From assembly GCA_013265495.1 (NCBI GenBank), contig MU058289.1:1485451-1549450 (forward strand): a stretch of DNA of 64,000 bases. The letters are read 5' to 3'. The notes beneath the pieces were generated by a model, which was not told where the DNA came from, ran no database searches, and saw only the letters and a list, made by a program, of their open reading frames with translations. This document shows positions 63,640 to 64,000 of this stretch, piece by piece. Origin of the DNA: Vicugna vicugna (Eukaryota). The number at the start of each line of letters is the position of its first letter. Within the stretch, counting starts at the first letter, position 1. The position numbers and the translations under genes are program-made.

Positions 63640-64000
63640 GCATTATTTTAACAGCCAAAAGCTAGAAACTACCCAAATGCAGTAGAATGGATAAACTGTG
63701 GCCTATTAATACAATGGAATATTATACTGCAACAAAAATGAACACTCCACAGTCAAATGCAACAATGTGGATGAATCTCACAAACACAACGCTGAGCAAA
63801 GAAGCTAAGCACAAAAAAGTACATACTGCGTAATTCCATTTAAGAACAAAAACAAGGAAAAGCAATCTATGCTGTTAGAAGTCAGGATAGTGGTTACCCT
63901 TGAGGGGGTGGGGGCTACTGGGAGTTGTAGAGGGGCTTCTGGGTACTCTTTACATAGGTAATTATGATATGTGTGCTTTTCTGTGTGCACATTATACTTT
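63640..64000 (+). mobile_element. Old L1 3'UTR fragment, runs off the window
   Basis: GTAGAATGGATAAACTGTGG...TGGATGAATCTCACAAACA...TGTTAGAAGTCAGGATAGTGGTTACCCTTG. Confidence 0.8.

Noticed and set aside
1..64000. CRISPR arrays, operons or other prokaryotic systems
   Set aside because: The sequence is mammalian (LINE/SINE/LTR content, CpG depletion, spliced gene); no regularly spaced repeat-spacer array was seen.

Overview
Mammalian genomic DNA, most likely a camelid: it has six Vic-1-type tRNA-derived SINEs and no Alu, Bov-tA or PRE-1. The window holds the 5' part of GARRE1 (KIAA0355) on the minus strand: a CpG-island promoter with non-coding exon 1 (~46.3 kb), a 28-kb intron 1, a 1,288-nt exon 2 (793 nt of 5'UTR plus codons 1-165; 16688-17975) and most of intron 2. 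Exon 3 was not found and probably lies left of the window. The rest is mostly old and lineage-specific repeats (L1, L2, MIR, MLT1, MER21, MER68, ERV1-type LTRs, Tigger and hAT elements), plus 3'-truncated tailless 5S rRNA and U1 snRNA retrocopies. The main unexplained signal lies upstream of GARRE1 at 49.4-56.3 kb on the minus strand. It is a chain of about nine short segments with GT/AG ends and matching codon phases that splice into ~280 aa of protein-like sequence with one stop and one frameshift, including a cold-shock/OB-fold-like stretch. This looks like a fossil (unitary pseudo-) gene that I cannot name. Also notable: an inverted LTR pair with an apparent gene-conversion scar, a consensus in-frame alternative donor for GARRE1 exon 2, a uORF-rich 5'UTR, and an orphan retrocopy inside an MLT1. 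Gene and repeat names come from recalled sequences, not database searches.
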